NCBI GenBank assembly: GCA_031417255.1 | Contig: JANOVD010000007.1 | Location: 1 to 39,156 of the forward strand | Length of the DNA stretch: 39,156 nt | DNA from: Chitinophagaceae bacterium | GTDB lineage: Bacteria; Bacteroidota; Bacteroidia; Chitinophagales; Chitinophagaceae | Direction: 5' to 3' | Shown here: positions 1-9,282 of the stretch, piece by piece | How positions within the stretch are numbered: position 1 is the stretch's first letter | Layout: each line of letters begins with the position of its first letter | The notes under the pieces: model-generated | The model's input: only the letters and a program-made list of their open reading frames with translations | Database searches by the model: none | Told to the model about the DNA's origin: nothing | Made by a program: the position numbers and the translations under genes

Positions 1-222
1 AATCCTATGTCCGGGCAGTTAAAAAAATCATCCAAAATAAAAAAATCACAATAAATCACATCGGTATGCCTTAAAAATAAAAAATAAGTACACCAAAAAA
101 CTGCCTAAAGAAAAGTATTATTTATTTACAGGAAGACCCTAAATAAGCTAAGAGGTCAAAAGAGACAAGGAGGAAAAAGAGAAAAAAGTCATCGGTGTTT
201 TTCGCTTATATCTTCCAGATTT

Positions 223-275
223 CTTCCCCCTTCGGGGTTCCCGATAAGGGAACGAACGAAGTTCAAAAGGGGGTC
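223..275. repeat. Hairpin+tail REP-like repeat abutting the mutL stop, interrupted by a nested 20-nt palindromic insert
   Basis: cttccccc-ttc-gggg[ttcccgataagggaacgaac]gaag-ttcaaaagggggtc; removing 238-257 restores a perfect hairpin like the one at 21451. Confidence 0.65.
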
Positions 276-2099
276 TTACCTCCCAAACAATTTTTCCAAT
301 TCATCTTTTTTAAATTCAAGATAAGTAGGTTTACCGTTTGCGGTACTGTTGGGAATGCTGCAGTTAAACAGGTCATCAACCAAAACTTTCATTTCTTTTT
401 CGGTTAAAGATATACCGGCTTTTATAGATTGCTGCAAAGCAAGTGAACGTAATAATTTTTCACGCTTGCTGAATTTGAGATCGTTGCTGAAATGTTTATA
501 TTGCTCCAGCATTTTTTCTATTGCAGTTTTTTCATTGCCATTGTTTACATCGGCCGGTGTGCCCTGTATCACAAAAGTGTTGTTGCCAAAGGGTTCCAGC
601 AGGTAACCCAAATGATTCATATCTGGCAGCAACTCCTTTAGCAACACCGCATCGGCAGCAGTTAATTCTATTGTTGCCGGAAATAAACTCTGTTGCGTAG
701 CAATGGGTTTACCTTCAACAGCCAAAGCAAAGCGCTCATACAAAATACGTTCATGTGCATTTTGCTGATGCACCAGGTAATAGCCTTTTTCTGTTTGCAC
801 AGTAATAAAACTGTTATGGAGTTGAAACAGTTTATCAGTTTGTGGTTTGTGGTTTGTAGTTATAAAAGCAGGCGCTTCAACTTGTGGCTTGAAGCTATCG
901 GCTTGTGACTGTTCTTTTGGTTCATAAAACTCTTTCCAGTGTTTCAGTTCGCTTTTACTTTCAATAAAATGCGACTGGTTTTTTTTTGTAAACGTGTTGT
1001 ATAAAGAAGATGATGATGCAGAAGATTTTTTGTCATCAGTAAATGGTTTGGTTACAGCATCCAGGCTTTGTATGGATGCATCCAGTTCAAAATCCAAAGT
1101 AGGCGAAATGCTGAACTGTGCCAATGCATGCTTAACAGCACTCTGCACAAAAGCATACACAATCTTTTCATCCTCAAATTTTATTTCCTGTTTGGTGGGG
1201 TGAACATTAATATCCAGTTGCGATGGATCCAAATCAATAAACAAAGCGTACATCGGAAAACTATCCCTGGCAATCATTTCATTAAAAGCATTCATCACCG
1301 CATGGTTCAGGTAAGCACTTTTAATAAAGCGGTTGTTTACAAAAAAATACTGGTCGCCACGGGTTTTTTTGGCCGTTTCGGGTTTGCCCACAAAACCATA
1401 AATGTTCATGTAATCAGTTTGTTCCTGCACAGGCACCAGTTTGGCGGCATAACTGTTACCCAGTATTTGTACAATGCGTTGTTTCATGCTACCCTTCTCC
1501 AAATGAAAAACCTGCTGGCCGTTACTGGTAAAAGAAAAGAAAATTTCGGGAAACGACATCGCCACCCTGATAAACTCATCTACAATATGCCTTAACTCTG
1601 CTGCATTGCTTTTTAAAAAATTTCTCCGTGCAGGTACATTGAAAAAAAGATTTTTCATAGCAATGCTGGTACCTGTTTGCACTGCAATGGGTTCTTGCTT
1701 TATCACCTGGCTGTTTTCAATCTCAATAAAAACACCGGTTTCATCTTCGGCCCTTTTTGATTTTAATTCAACCTGTCCTACTGCGGCAATACTGGCCAAG
1801 GCTTCGCCCCTGAAACCCATGGTTTTTATTGTAAACAGGTCTTCAATACTTTTTATTTTGGATGTAGCGTGGCGTTCAAAAGACATCCTTGCATCAGTTT
1901 CACTCATGCCTTTACCATTATCAATAACCTGTATCAATGCTTTGCCTGCATCATTAACTATGAGGTTGATTTCATTTGCACCGGCATCCACGGCGTTTTC
2001 CAGCAGTTCTTTTACAGCACTGGCCGGCCGTTGAATAACTTCTCCGGCAGCAATCTGGTTGGCAATGTTATCGGGTAATAATTGAATGATATCGGGCAA
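276..2099 (-). CDS. mutL: DNA mismatch repair protein MutL
   Basis: IAAGEVIQRPASAVKELLENAVDAG, GFRGEAL, DINVHPTK; C-terminal QQNAHERILYE endonuclease-like motif; TTG start. Confidence 0.97.
   Translation of the reverse strand: MPDIIQLLPDNIANQIAAGEVIQRPASAVKELLENAVDAGANEINLIVNDAGKALIQVIDNGKGMSETDARMSFERHATSKIKSIEDLFTIKTMGFRGEALASIAAVGQVELKSKRAEDETGVFIEIENSQVIKQEPIAVQTGTSIAMKNLFFNVPARRNFLKSNAAELRHIVDEFIRVAMSFPEIFFSFTSNGQQVFHLEKGSMKQRIVQILGNSYAAKLVPVQEQTDYMNIYGFVGKPETAKKTRGDQYFFVNNRFIKSAYLNHAVMNAFNEMIARDSFPMYALFIDLDPSQLDINVHPTKQEIKFEDEKIVYAFVQSAVKHALAQFSISPTLDFELDASIQSLDAVTKPFTDDKKSSASSSSLYNTFTKKNQSHFIESKSELKHWKEFYEPKEQSQADSFKPQVEAPAFITTNHKPQTDKLFQLHNSFITVQTEKGYYLVHQQNAHERILYERFALAVEGKPIATQQSLFPATIELTAADAVLLKELLPDMNHLGYLLEPFGNNTFVIQGTPADVNNGNEKTAIEKMLEQYKHFSNDLKFSKREKLLRSLALQQSIKAGISLTEKEMKVLVDDLFNCSIPNSTANGKPTYLEFKKDELEKLFGR
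834..910. repeat. Two degenerate 7-mer tandem tracts in the MutL linker
   Basis: tgtggtt tgtggtt tgtagtt (841-861) and ttcaact tgtggct tgaagct atcggct tgtgact (876-910). Confidence 0.6.
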
Positions 2100-2156
2100 A
2101 GGAATTCTTTTAATCTGATGATAAAATTTTCTGGCTATACTTTAATAAAAACCGGG

Positions 2157-2696
2157 TTAATCCCAAATATCTGAAAGGTTTACTTCAGCAGTGTATTCAT
2201 CAGCTAAATTAAAAATATAAGCATTCGGATTTATTGAAACCGGTTCGTATTTATCGTTAAATAGCTGGTATATTTCTAATTTTTTAAATTGAGGATCAGC
2301 AATCAAATAATATTTTACTTTTTGCGACTGGTATATTTCCATTTTAAGTCCACGGTCTTTTGCAGCAGTTGATGGTGATAGTACTTCCACAATTAATACC
2401 GGTGGAAAATCCAGGAATTTTTTTTCAATTTTATCACAAACAATTAAAAGGTCAGGCTGCACAATTGTATCTTCCGTAATCTTCCAATCAAGTGGGATAT
2501 AAGCTTTACATTTTCTACATCCTTTTTGAAGTGCAGTTTCAAATTGAAAACTCAATACTAAAGATACCCGTTGAAGTGCAGGAATTGGCGCCGGGCTCAT
2601 AGCATATGGCATGCCTTCAATCAATTCCCAATTACCTTCCCATTGGCAATATTCATCGTATGTGTAATGTGGCCTGTATTTTTCTGCAATTGACAT
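2157..2696 (-). CDS. Uma2 (DUF820) family putative endonuclease
   Basis: WELIEG..AMSPAP, VQPDLLIVCD, PVLIVEVLSPSTAAKD, YLIADP. Confidence 0.9.
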   Translation of the reverse strand: MSIAEKYRPHYTYDEYCQWEGNWELIEGMPYAMSPAPIPALQRVSLVLSFQFETALQKGCRKCKAYIPLDWKITEDTIVQPDLLIVCDKIEKKFLDFPPVLIVEVLSPSTAAKDRGLKMEIYQSQKVKYYLIADPQFKKLEIYQLFNDKYEPVSINPNAYIFNLADEYTAEVNLSDIWD

Positions 2697-2777
2697 ATTG
2701 TAAAGTTAAAAAACATTTTGCAAGTTGGCACTATATAAAATAACTGATATTTGCCATTATTAAGTATTTTTATAATT

Positions 2778-5708
2778 ATGAAAAAGCTATTTCTTCTGGT
2801 TATTTTTTTGTGTGCAATCTGCAAATTTTCACTTGCACAAAAACCATTGGCAGCTGCCATTTGGGTTGATAGTGTTTTTAAAACGCTTGCTCCTGATGAA
2901 CAGATTGCACAGTTGATGGTGGTACGCTTATCTACCATCAATGCAAACAAAAGCGTAACTTTTTACGATAGCCTGGTCTCAGAATTAATTAAAAAATACA
3001 ATATCGGCAGTCTTTGTGTTTTCCAGGGAAGCCCGGTAAAACAGGCCAATATTTTAAACCAGTTACAGGCTATGGCCAAAACACCATTGCTGATTACCAT
3101 TGATGCAGAGTGGGGCGTTGGCATGCGGATGACTGACAGTGTACTTCCATTACCCAAACAAATGATGCTGGGGGCTGTGCAGGATTCATCCATTGCTTAC
3201 CAATACGGAAGAATTGTTGCAGAGCAATGTAAACGAATTGGCATACAGGTAAATTTTGCGCCGGTTGTTGATGTAAATAATAACCCAAACAACCCCGTAA
3301 TTAATGACCGCAGTTTTGGAGAAGACAAATACAAAGTGGCATCCTTTGGGGTTCAGTATATGAAAGGCATGCAGGACAATGGTGTAATGGCTTGTGCCAA
3401 ACACTTCCCGGGCCATGGAGATGTTGCGGTTGATTCTCATTACGATTTACCGGTTATTAATAAAACCATGCCGCAACTCGAAGCTTTGGAATTGTTTCCT
3501 TTTCGTGAAATATTTAAAGCCGGTGTTGGCAGTGTGATGATAGCGCACTTGTATATTCCTTCAATAGATACCAGTGCTAACCGTGCAACTTCTTTATCAA
3601 AAAATAATGTAACTGATTTATTAAGAAATGAACTTGGCTACCAGGGATTGAGTTTTACAGATGCACTGGAAATGCAGGGTGTAAAAAAATTCTTTCCTGA
3701 TGGCACAGCTTCTGTTGAATCAATTATTGCCGGTAACGATATGCTTTGCTTACCGGGCGATGTGCCACTGGCTATAACAAAAATAAAAGAGGCCATCAAT
3801 GAAGGAAAAATAAGCTGGGCAGATATTGAAATGCATTGCAGAAAAGTATTAAAGGCAAAATACGATTATGGCCTTTCAAAATTAAAACCAATCAATACCG
3901 AAAATTTAACCAGAGATTTAAATAAAGATGTAAGCAGCATGCGTAAACTGATTGCTGAAAATGCATTAACAGTTTTAAAAAAGACGGATGCTGCATTTTT
4001 TCCTTTGCCCGCCAATAAAGATTCGGTTAAAAAAGATATACTGTATGTAAGCATTGGCACCAGCAGTGATAATGCTTTTGCCGGCCGCATGCGTGCCGAT
4101 TATAATGCAGATGTTACCTGGTTTGATTATAAAAAAGATACTGCAGATATTGCAATGATTGTTGCAAAGGCAAAAAAAGATTATAAGCATGTGGTGATTG
4201 GTGTACATGGCTATGGACGTGCCCCGGCCAATAATTTCAATATCAGTAAAAATGCTATTGACCTGGTAACGCTGCTGCAGCAAAAAACAAAAGCCATCAC
4301 ATTTGTTTTTGGAAATGTGTATGCGGTTAAAAACTGGTGTGGGGCAAAAAACCTGGTGGCCTGTTATGAAGATGACAGCATCATTCATAATACAGCTATT
4401 GATCTGTTGCAGGGAAAAATTGCAGCACTGGGAAAATTGCCGGTTACGGTTTGTGATCAGTTTAAGTTTGGTACAGGCATAACTTTTAAAGCACCAAATC
4501 CTGTAAAAGCAGAAAAAGGAATTTTAGATGCTGCAAAACTTAACGCTATTGATGCCATTGCCGAAGATGCCATTGCCAAAGGCGCCACGCCGGGAGCTGT
4601 GGTACTTGTTGCCAAAGACGGCAAGATTGTTTTTCACAAAGCTTATGGAACATACACCTATGATAATAAAACCGAAGCTGTAAATACCGAATCTATTTTT
4701 GATATGGCTTCGGTTACCAAAGTTTGCGCCACTACCATTGCTGTAATGCGGTTGTATGATGAAGGTAAACTCGATTTAAAAAAAAAGCTTGGTGAATACC
4801 TGCCCTGGGTTAAAGGAACCAACAAAGAGAATCTGACCATCGAAAATATTTTATTGCACCAGGCCGGGCTGGTTGCATACATTCCTTTTTATAAAGAAAC
4901 AATTGACTCTGCCGGTGTTCCAAAACCTCAGTTTTATTCGGCAGTAATAAACGATTCCTTCGGCATACGTGTTGCAGGCAATATGTACATGCGTAACGAC
5001 TGGCGGGATACAATTTACAAGCGTATTCTGGAGAGCCCGCTGGGCCGCACCGGCAAATATATTTACAGCGATAATGATTTTATTTTTTTGGGCAAGATAG
5101 TTGAAGCCATCAGCGGTTTACCTTTGAATGATTATGTTGAAACAACATTTTACCGGCCAATGGGTTTAACTACTGCTGGTTTTAAACCTACAGAACAATA
5201 TGCGTTGCAAAGAATAATACCAACAGAAAAAGAAAAACAATTCCGTTTACAGTTATTGCGTGGCGATGTACATGACCCCGGCGCTGCCATGTTTGGCGGT
5301 GTTGCCGGCCATGCCGGTTTGTTCAGTAATGCATACGACCTGGCTATGATCATGCAGATGCTATTGAACGGTGGAACCATTAACGGCAAAAGATATTTAC
5401 AGGAAGAAACGGTTAACCTCTTTACTGCTTATCAAAGCGACATCAGCAGGCGTGGTTATGGTTTTGATAAGCCCGAAAAAAATAACAGAACACGCCCTGA
5501 TCCTTATCCAAGTTTGTCTACATCGCCGCAAACATTTGGCCACACAGGTTATACGGGCACCTGTGTTTGGGCCGATCCAAAGTACAATATGCTTTTTATT
5601 TTTTTAAGCAACCGGGTAAATCCTGATGGAGGTGAAAATACCAAACTGCTCAGGATGAATGTGCGTACCAATATTCAGGAGGCGGTTTATAAGGCGATGG
5701 GGTTGTAA
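2778..5708 (+). CDS. Secreted GH3 beta-N-acetylglucosaminidase fused to an AmpC-like serine hydrolase
   Basis: Signal peptide from MKKLF (ATG 2778); KHFPGHGD..DSH GH3/NagZ motif; SVTK (SxxK), YSD and HTG motifs in the C-terminal half. Confidence 0.92.
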   Translation: MKKLFLLVIFLCAICKFSLAQKPLAAAIWVDSVFKTLAPDEQIAQLMVVRLSTINANKSVTFYDSLVSELIKKYNIGSLCVFQGSPVKQANILNQLQAMAKTPLLITIDAEWGVGMRMTDSVLPLPKQMMLGAVQDSSIAYQYGRIVAEQCKRIGIQVNFAPVVDVNNNPNNPVINDRSFGEDKYKVASFGVQYMKGMQDNGVMACAKHFPGHGDVAVDSHYDLPVINKTMPQLEALELFPFREIFKAGVGSVMIAHLYIPSIDTSANRATSLSKNNVTDLLRNELGYQGLSFTDALEMQGVKKFFPDGTASVESIIAGNDMLCLPGDVPLAITKIKEAINEGKISWADIEMHCRKVLKAKYDYGLSKLKPINTENLTRDLNKDVSSMRKLIAENALTVLKKTDAAFFPLPANKDSVKKDILYVSIGTSSDNAFAGRMRADYNADVTWFDYKKDTADIAMIVAKAKKDYKHVVIGVHGYGRAPANNFNISKNAIDLVTLLQQKTKAITFVFGNVYAVKNWCGAKNLVACYEDDSIIHNTAIDLLQGKIAALGKLPVTVCDQFKFGTGITFKAPNPVKAEKGILDAAKLNAIDAIAEDAIAKGATPGAVVLVAKDGKIVFHKAYGTYTYDNKTEAVNTESIFDMASVTKVCATTIAVMRLYDEGKLDLKKKLGEYLPWVKGTNKENLTIENILLHQAGLVAYIPFYKETIDSAGVPKPQFYSAVINDSFGIRVAGNMYMRNDWRDTIYKRILESPLGRTGKYIYSDNDFIFLGKIVEAISGLPLNDYVETTFYRPMGLTTAGFKPTEQYALQRIIPTEKEKQFRLQLLRGDVHDPGAAMFGGVAGHAGLFSNAYDLAMIMQMLLNGGTINGKRYLQEETVNLFTAYQSDISRRGYGFDKPEKNNRTRPDPYPSLSTSPQTFGHTGYTGTCVWADPKYNMLFIFLSNRVNPDGGENTKLLRMNVRTNIQEAVYKAMGL
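5658..5708 (+). repeat. Direct repeat copy 1 (3' end of the GH3-AmpC gene)
   Basis: 42/51 identical to 6668-6718 by manual alignment. Confidence 0.85.
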
Positions 5709-5732
5709 GGCTGAAAAGTTTTCAGAAGAAAA

Positions 5733-6569
5733 TCATTTTAATTCTTTTTTTTGCCTTTCTTGTTTCAGTTGTTTTGCATTTTGAGGGCTAACTATTTTCT
5801 TTCCTGATTTTGCTTCAATTGCTTTTCGGGTATTACCGGCAATGGTTCCGCCTTGTTTAGAAATTACTTTATTTTCGTTAAAATTTTTCGGTTTCTTCTC
5901 TTTTGAAATTTCTGTTGTGGTGGCTTCCGCAAGCATATTCAAAACCAATTCAAGATTGGTCATGTTGTCACGGAGATTTTCTTTCTTTAAATTTTTGTGT
6001 TGCTTATAACCTTTTACCGTTTTACCGCTCCAGGCTTTTGTAATAATATCAGTTAGCGTTGCAAATTCCTGCCCTTTTTTCACACCACTGTTTTCCCATT
6101 CATCGGTAAGTTCATTTCTTACCTCTATACTTTTCAGGCGCTGATTGATCCACTCTTTACTGTAACCAAGTTTTAAATAATTCTCCATAGCCCTATCTAT
6201 GCTTTTCTCCGGGTCCTGGCTTTCTTCAATACGTTCATAACCGGTTTTAGCCAGCCATTGTTTAAAGGGTTCTGCTTTTGGGGAGGGGATGGATTGGATA
6301 ATCCTTAAAAGTCCTTCTGTATTGGCACAGTCGGTTATGTATTTTTTCCCATCAGATGATTCTATTTTCAGTTGTCGACAGATTGTCGATAACTCAATAC
6401 CAGACAGTTTTTCCCGCTTCTTCATTCTGTACCAGTAATCTTTAGGATCAGGGCTATCGGTTAAAATTGCTATAACATCTACCACAACAAAATACCAAAG
6501 TTCTTCTTCTTCGTTCCATGCTGAACGTATTTGTTTGCTCTCAAATAATTTAATATTGCTCATACTCAA
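5733..6569 (-). CDS. Bro-N domain-containing protein (phage antirepressor-like)
   Basis: IRSAWNEEEELWYFVVVDVI, LLRIIQSIPSPKAEPFKQWLA, NLRDNMTNLELVL. Confidence 0.88.
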   Translation of the reverse strand: MSMSNIKLFESKQIRSAWNEEEELWYFVVVDVIAILTDSPDPKDYWYRMKKREKLSGIELSTICRQLKIESSDGKKYITDCANTEGLLRIIQSIPSPKAEPFKQWLAKTGYERIEESQDPEKSIDRAMENYLKLGYSKEWINQRLKSIEVRNELTDEWENSGVKKGQEFATLTDIITKAWSGKTVKGYKQHKNLKKENLRDNMTNLELVLNMLAEATTTEISKEKKPKNFNENKVISKQGGTIAGNTRKAIEAKSGKKIVSPQNAKQLKQERQKKELK

Positions 6570-6667
6570 ATTTAGTAATAAAAATTAATGTTTTCTCACT
6601 CAATATTCTGTGTAAATTATTTTAAAAATCACAGAAAAAATTTTACTAAAATATAGATTGGAACAGG

Positions 6668-6718
6668 AATATATGTACCAATATTCAGGAAGCAATTTAT
6701 AAGGCGATGGGACTTTAA
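6668..6718 (+). pseudogene. Orphan duplicate of the last 16 codons plus stop of the GH3-AmpC gene
   Basis: Translates NICTNIQEAIYKAMGL* versus NVRTNIQEAVYKAMGL*. Confidence 0.85.
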
Positions 6719-7281
6719 TCCAGTAGTTTTTTTAAAGAGCATTTATTTGTATCAAGACCTTTCCTGCTTTTTAGTGAAGCTAAAAGATGTTGTCTATTGT
6801 CTTTATTAATTACCCCTTCCTCATCCAGCCATATAAATTTCCCTCCTTCAAATTCAATATCTTTTATTTCAATATAGGTAATAAACGATTTTATTTTCAC
6901 CGGTAATATTATGTACATGGGCTCATACCAGGCACGGGATGATATGTTCATGATCTTCCACACAATAATTTTTTCCCAGGCAAAAACCTGGTTGTCGTAA
7001 CGGAAATTATAAAAAGGGTAATCCTGTTTATAGTTATCAATATATCTTCCGCAGGTAATATCTTTCTCCGTGAGTTTTTTAAAATCTATGGTTGAGCTGT
7101 CATTGGTGAAATAACCATCTATTGCTGATCCGTTAACCGGTTCACATATTTTCATTTCAATTTTAAAATGTACGGCGCCGGTTTCTATCGAATCCATTGT
7201 AAGGTTTACAATTAAACCCGGAGATTGTGCAAAGGCGCCTTGGCAATAAAAAAATGCAAGTGCCAGCAAAAGTTTCTTCAT
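6715..7281 (-). CDS. Hypothetical secreted protein
   Basis: 188-aa ORF with signal peptide MKKLLLALAFFYCQGAFAQ. Confidence 0.75.
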   Translation of the reverse strand: MKKLLLALAFFYCQGAFAQSPGLIVNLTMDSIETGAVHFKIEMKICEPVNGSAIDGYFTNDSSTIDFKKLTEKDITCGRYIDNYKQDYPFYNFRYDNQVFAWEKIIVWKIMNISSRAWYEPMYIILPVKIKSFITYIEIKDIEFEGGKFIWLDEEGVINKDNRQHLLASLKSRKGLDTNKCSLKKLLD

Positions 7282-7346
7282 TGTAAATAATTAAAAATGA
7301 AAGCTACTTTTAAAAATGATGAAGAACAATACCCTGCAGCAGGTAT

Positions 7347-7592
7347 TTAAATCTCCTCCGAACTCTCCGGCAAATGATCATACTCTCCCTTCAAAGCATA
7401 ATAACCAAATATCATCAGTCCAATGGCAATAGGCGTAAATATGCTGATGATGATTATCCAGGGCACGGGCTGGTTAATATCTTTGGTGCCTCCGCTACTG
7501 ATATTATGCACTGCACTGCTTACCAAAAAATAAATAATTACCGGAGCAATTATCATCCAAACAAGGCCCATTATTTTTTTAACTGTATTCAT
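7347..7592 (-). CDS. Small two-TM membrane protein (DUF6814-like) downstream of the MFS gene
   Basis: Two hydrophobic helices, IFGYYALKGEYD C-terminus; 9 bp from the MFS stop. Confidence 0.75.
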   Translation of the reverse strand: MNTVKKIMGLVWMIIAPVIIYFLVSSAVHNISSGGTKDINQPVPWIIIISIFTPIAIGLMIFGYYALKGEYDHLPESSEEI

Positions 7593-7601
7593 AATTTTAT
7601 T

Positions 7602-9206
7602 TTAATCATTAACGTCTTTATCAACTTTGTTGGAAAGGTATAAAGCACCAATGATAAAACACAATGCCGCCACACCAATTGGATACCAAAGTCCCACCAA
7701 CGGATCGTTTGTAAATGTTGTTGCCAATAAAGTTGCAATAAAAGGAACCAATCCTCCAAATACACCATTGCCAATATGATAGGGCAGGCTCATGGAAGTG
7801 TAACGGATCTTTGTGGGGAACAGCTCCACTAAAAATGCCGCAATGGGGCCATAGGCCATGGTTACAAAAATTATCATTACCCAAACCAGGGCAATAAATT
7901 TCCATTTGAGTGGATTTGAAAGAATAACATTTGAGTAAACAGTTTTTAGGTCAGGCTTTTCTATCTCAATCTGATCAGAATCTTCGCCAAGTGCTGAGAG
8001 TGGGGGATAAATAGTAAAACCTGCAGCTTTAGTAACAACACATAAAGTATCAACTCTGGTTTCTTTAAATTTAATATCATTGTATCTCCATTGTGTTTCC
8101 ATTATTGAGATAAGCGTTGTAGTATCCCCTTTTTTGTCTAAGAATTTATAGAAATCTACTACTTTCGTTCCCTCATTAATTATCTTATTACTTTTTACCC
8201 ACTCTTTCGCATTCGCATCTTTTAAAAACGTACTAAATATCGGCCGGTAAAAAATTACCCCCAGCAACATCCCCGTAAGCATGATCCATTTTCTTCCCAC
8301 CTTATCACTAAGCCAGCCAAAAAATAAAAAGAAAGGTGTTGCCAAACCAATTGCCCATAACAATATTTCACGGTTCTGCATAAATTCCAGCTTCACGGTA
8401 TTTTCTAAAAAACTCTGAGCATAAAACTGGCCGGTATACCAAATAACGCCCTGCCCCATTACCGCACCAAACAAAGCAAGCAATACCATTTTAAAATTTG
8501 CCCTGTGCCCAAAACTTTCTTTTAATGGATTGGTTGATGTTTTGCCTTCTTTTTTTAATGCCGCATACAAAGGCGATTCGCTCATTTTTAACCGTATATA
8601 AATTGAAACGCCAACCAGTAAAATAGATATCCAGAACGGGTATCGCCAGCCACCCCACTCTGATGAAAAATCAGCTTCACTCATGTTTGATTTTACCAGC
8701 ATGATGATGCCCAAAGCCACAAATAAACCCAGTGTGGCCGTGGTTTGTATCCAACTGGTGTAATATCCTCTTTTGCCTGCCGGTGCATGTTCGGCCACAT
8801 AGGTTGCAGCGCCGCCATACTCTCCGCCCAGGGCAAGGCCCTGTATCAATCTTAATAATAAAACCAGCAATGGTGCTGCAATGCCGATTGTTTTATAGCC
8901 GGGTACCAGCCCAATTAAAAAAGTAGATGCACCCATTAACACAAGGGTTAACAGGAAAGTATATTTTCTGCCGATCAAATCGCCCAGCCGGCCAAAAACC
9001 AATGCGCCAAATGGGCGTACTAAAAATCCGGCGGCAAAAATGGCCAGTGTACTTAACAGGGCTGCGGTTGAATTTCCTGCTGGAAAAAATTGTACAGAAA
9101 TGGTTTTGGCAAGCATACCAAAAATATAAAAATCGTACCACTCAATTAAAGTGCCCAGCGATGATGAAAAAATTATTTTACCGATTCCTTTTTCCGGTGC
9201 AGCCAT
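7602..9206 (-). CDS. MFS transporter, metabolite:H+ symporter (MHS) family
   Basis: GTLIEWYDFYIF, FGRLGDLIGRK, GGEYGGAATYVAE, ELFPTKIRYT; divergent from acs. Confidence 0.93.
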   Translation of the reverse strand: MAAPEKGIGKIIFSSSLGTLIEWYDFYIFGMLAKTISVQFFPAGNSTAALLSTLAIFAAGFLVRPFGALVFGRLGDLIGRKYTFLLTLVLMGASTFLIGLVPGYKTIGIAAPLLVLLLRLIQGLALGGEYGGAATYVAEHAPAGKRGYYTSWIQTTATLGLFVALGIIMLVKSNMSEADFSSEWGGWRYPFWISILLVGVSIYIRLKMSESPLYAALKKEGKTSTNPLKESFGHRANFKMVLLALFGAVMGQGVIWYTGQFYAQSFLENTVKLEFMQNREILLWAIGLATPFFLFFGWLSDKVGRKWIMLTGMLLGVIFYRPIFSTFLKDANAKEWVKSNKIINEGTKVVDFYKFLDKKGDTTTLISIMETQWRYNDIKFKETRVDTLCVVTKAAGFTIYPPLSALGEDSDQIEIEKPDLKTVYSNVILSNPLKWKFIALVWVMIIFVTMAYGPIAAFLVELFPTKIRYTSMSLPYHIGNGVFGGLVPFIATLLATTFTNDPLVGLWYPIGVAALCFIIGALYLSNKVDKDVND

Positions 9207-9282
9207 ATTATTATTATTCTTTTTTGAGAAGAAGTAATCATAAATATATTAAATTGAGGTTAAAGTAAAACAAGAGATTACA

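Noticed and set aside
1-200. A-rich stretch at the window start
   Set aside because: No sustained ORF or recognisable structure; it may be intergenic or low-quality sequence.
349-2078. Antisense and alternative-frame ORFs over mutL (and similar shadow ORFs over other long genes)
   Set aside because: They overlap well-supported genes and have no recognisable motifs.
7416-7437. TPIAIGL in the small membrane protein resembling the NPIAIG repeat peptide
   Set aside because: The DNA (acgcctattgccattggactg) is not the palindrome; the match is coincidental within a TM helix.
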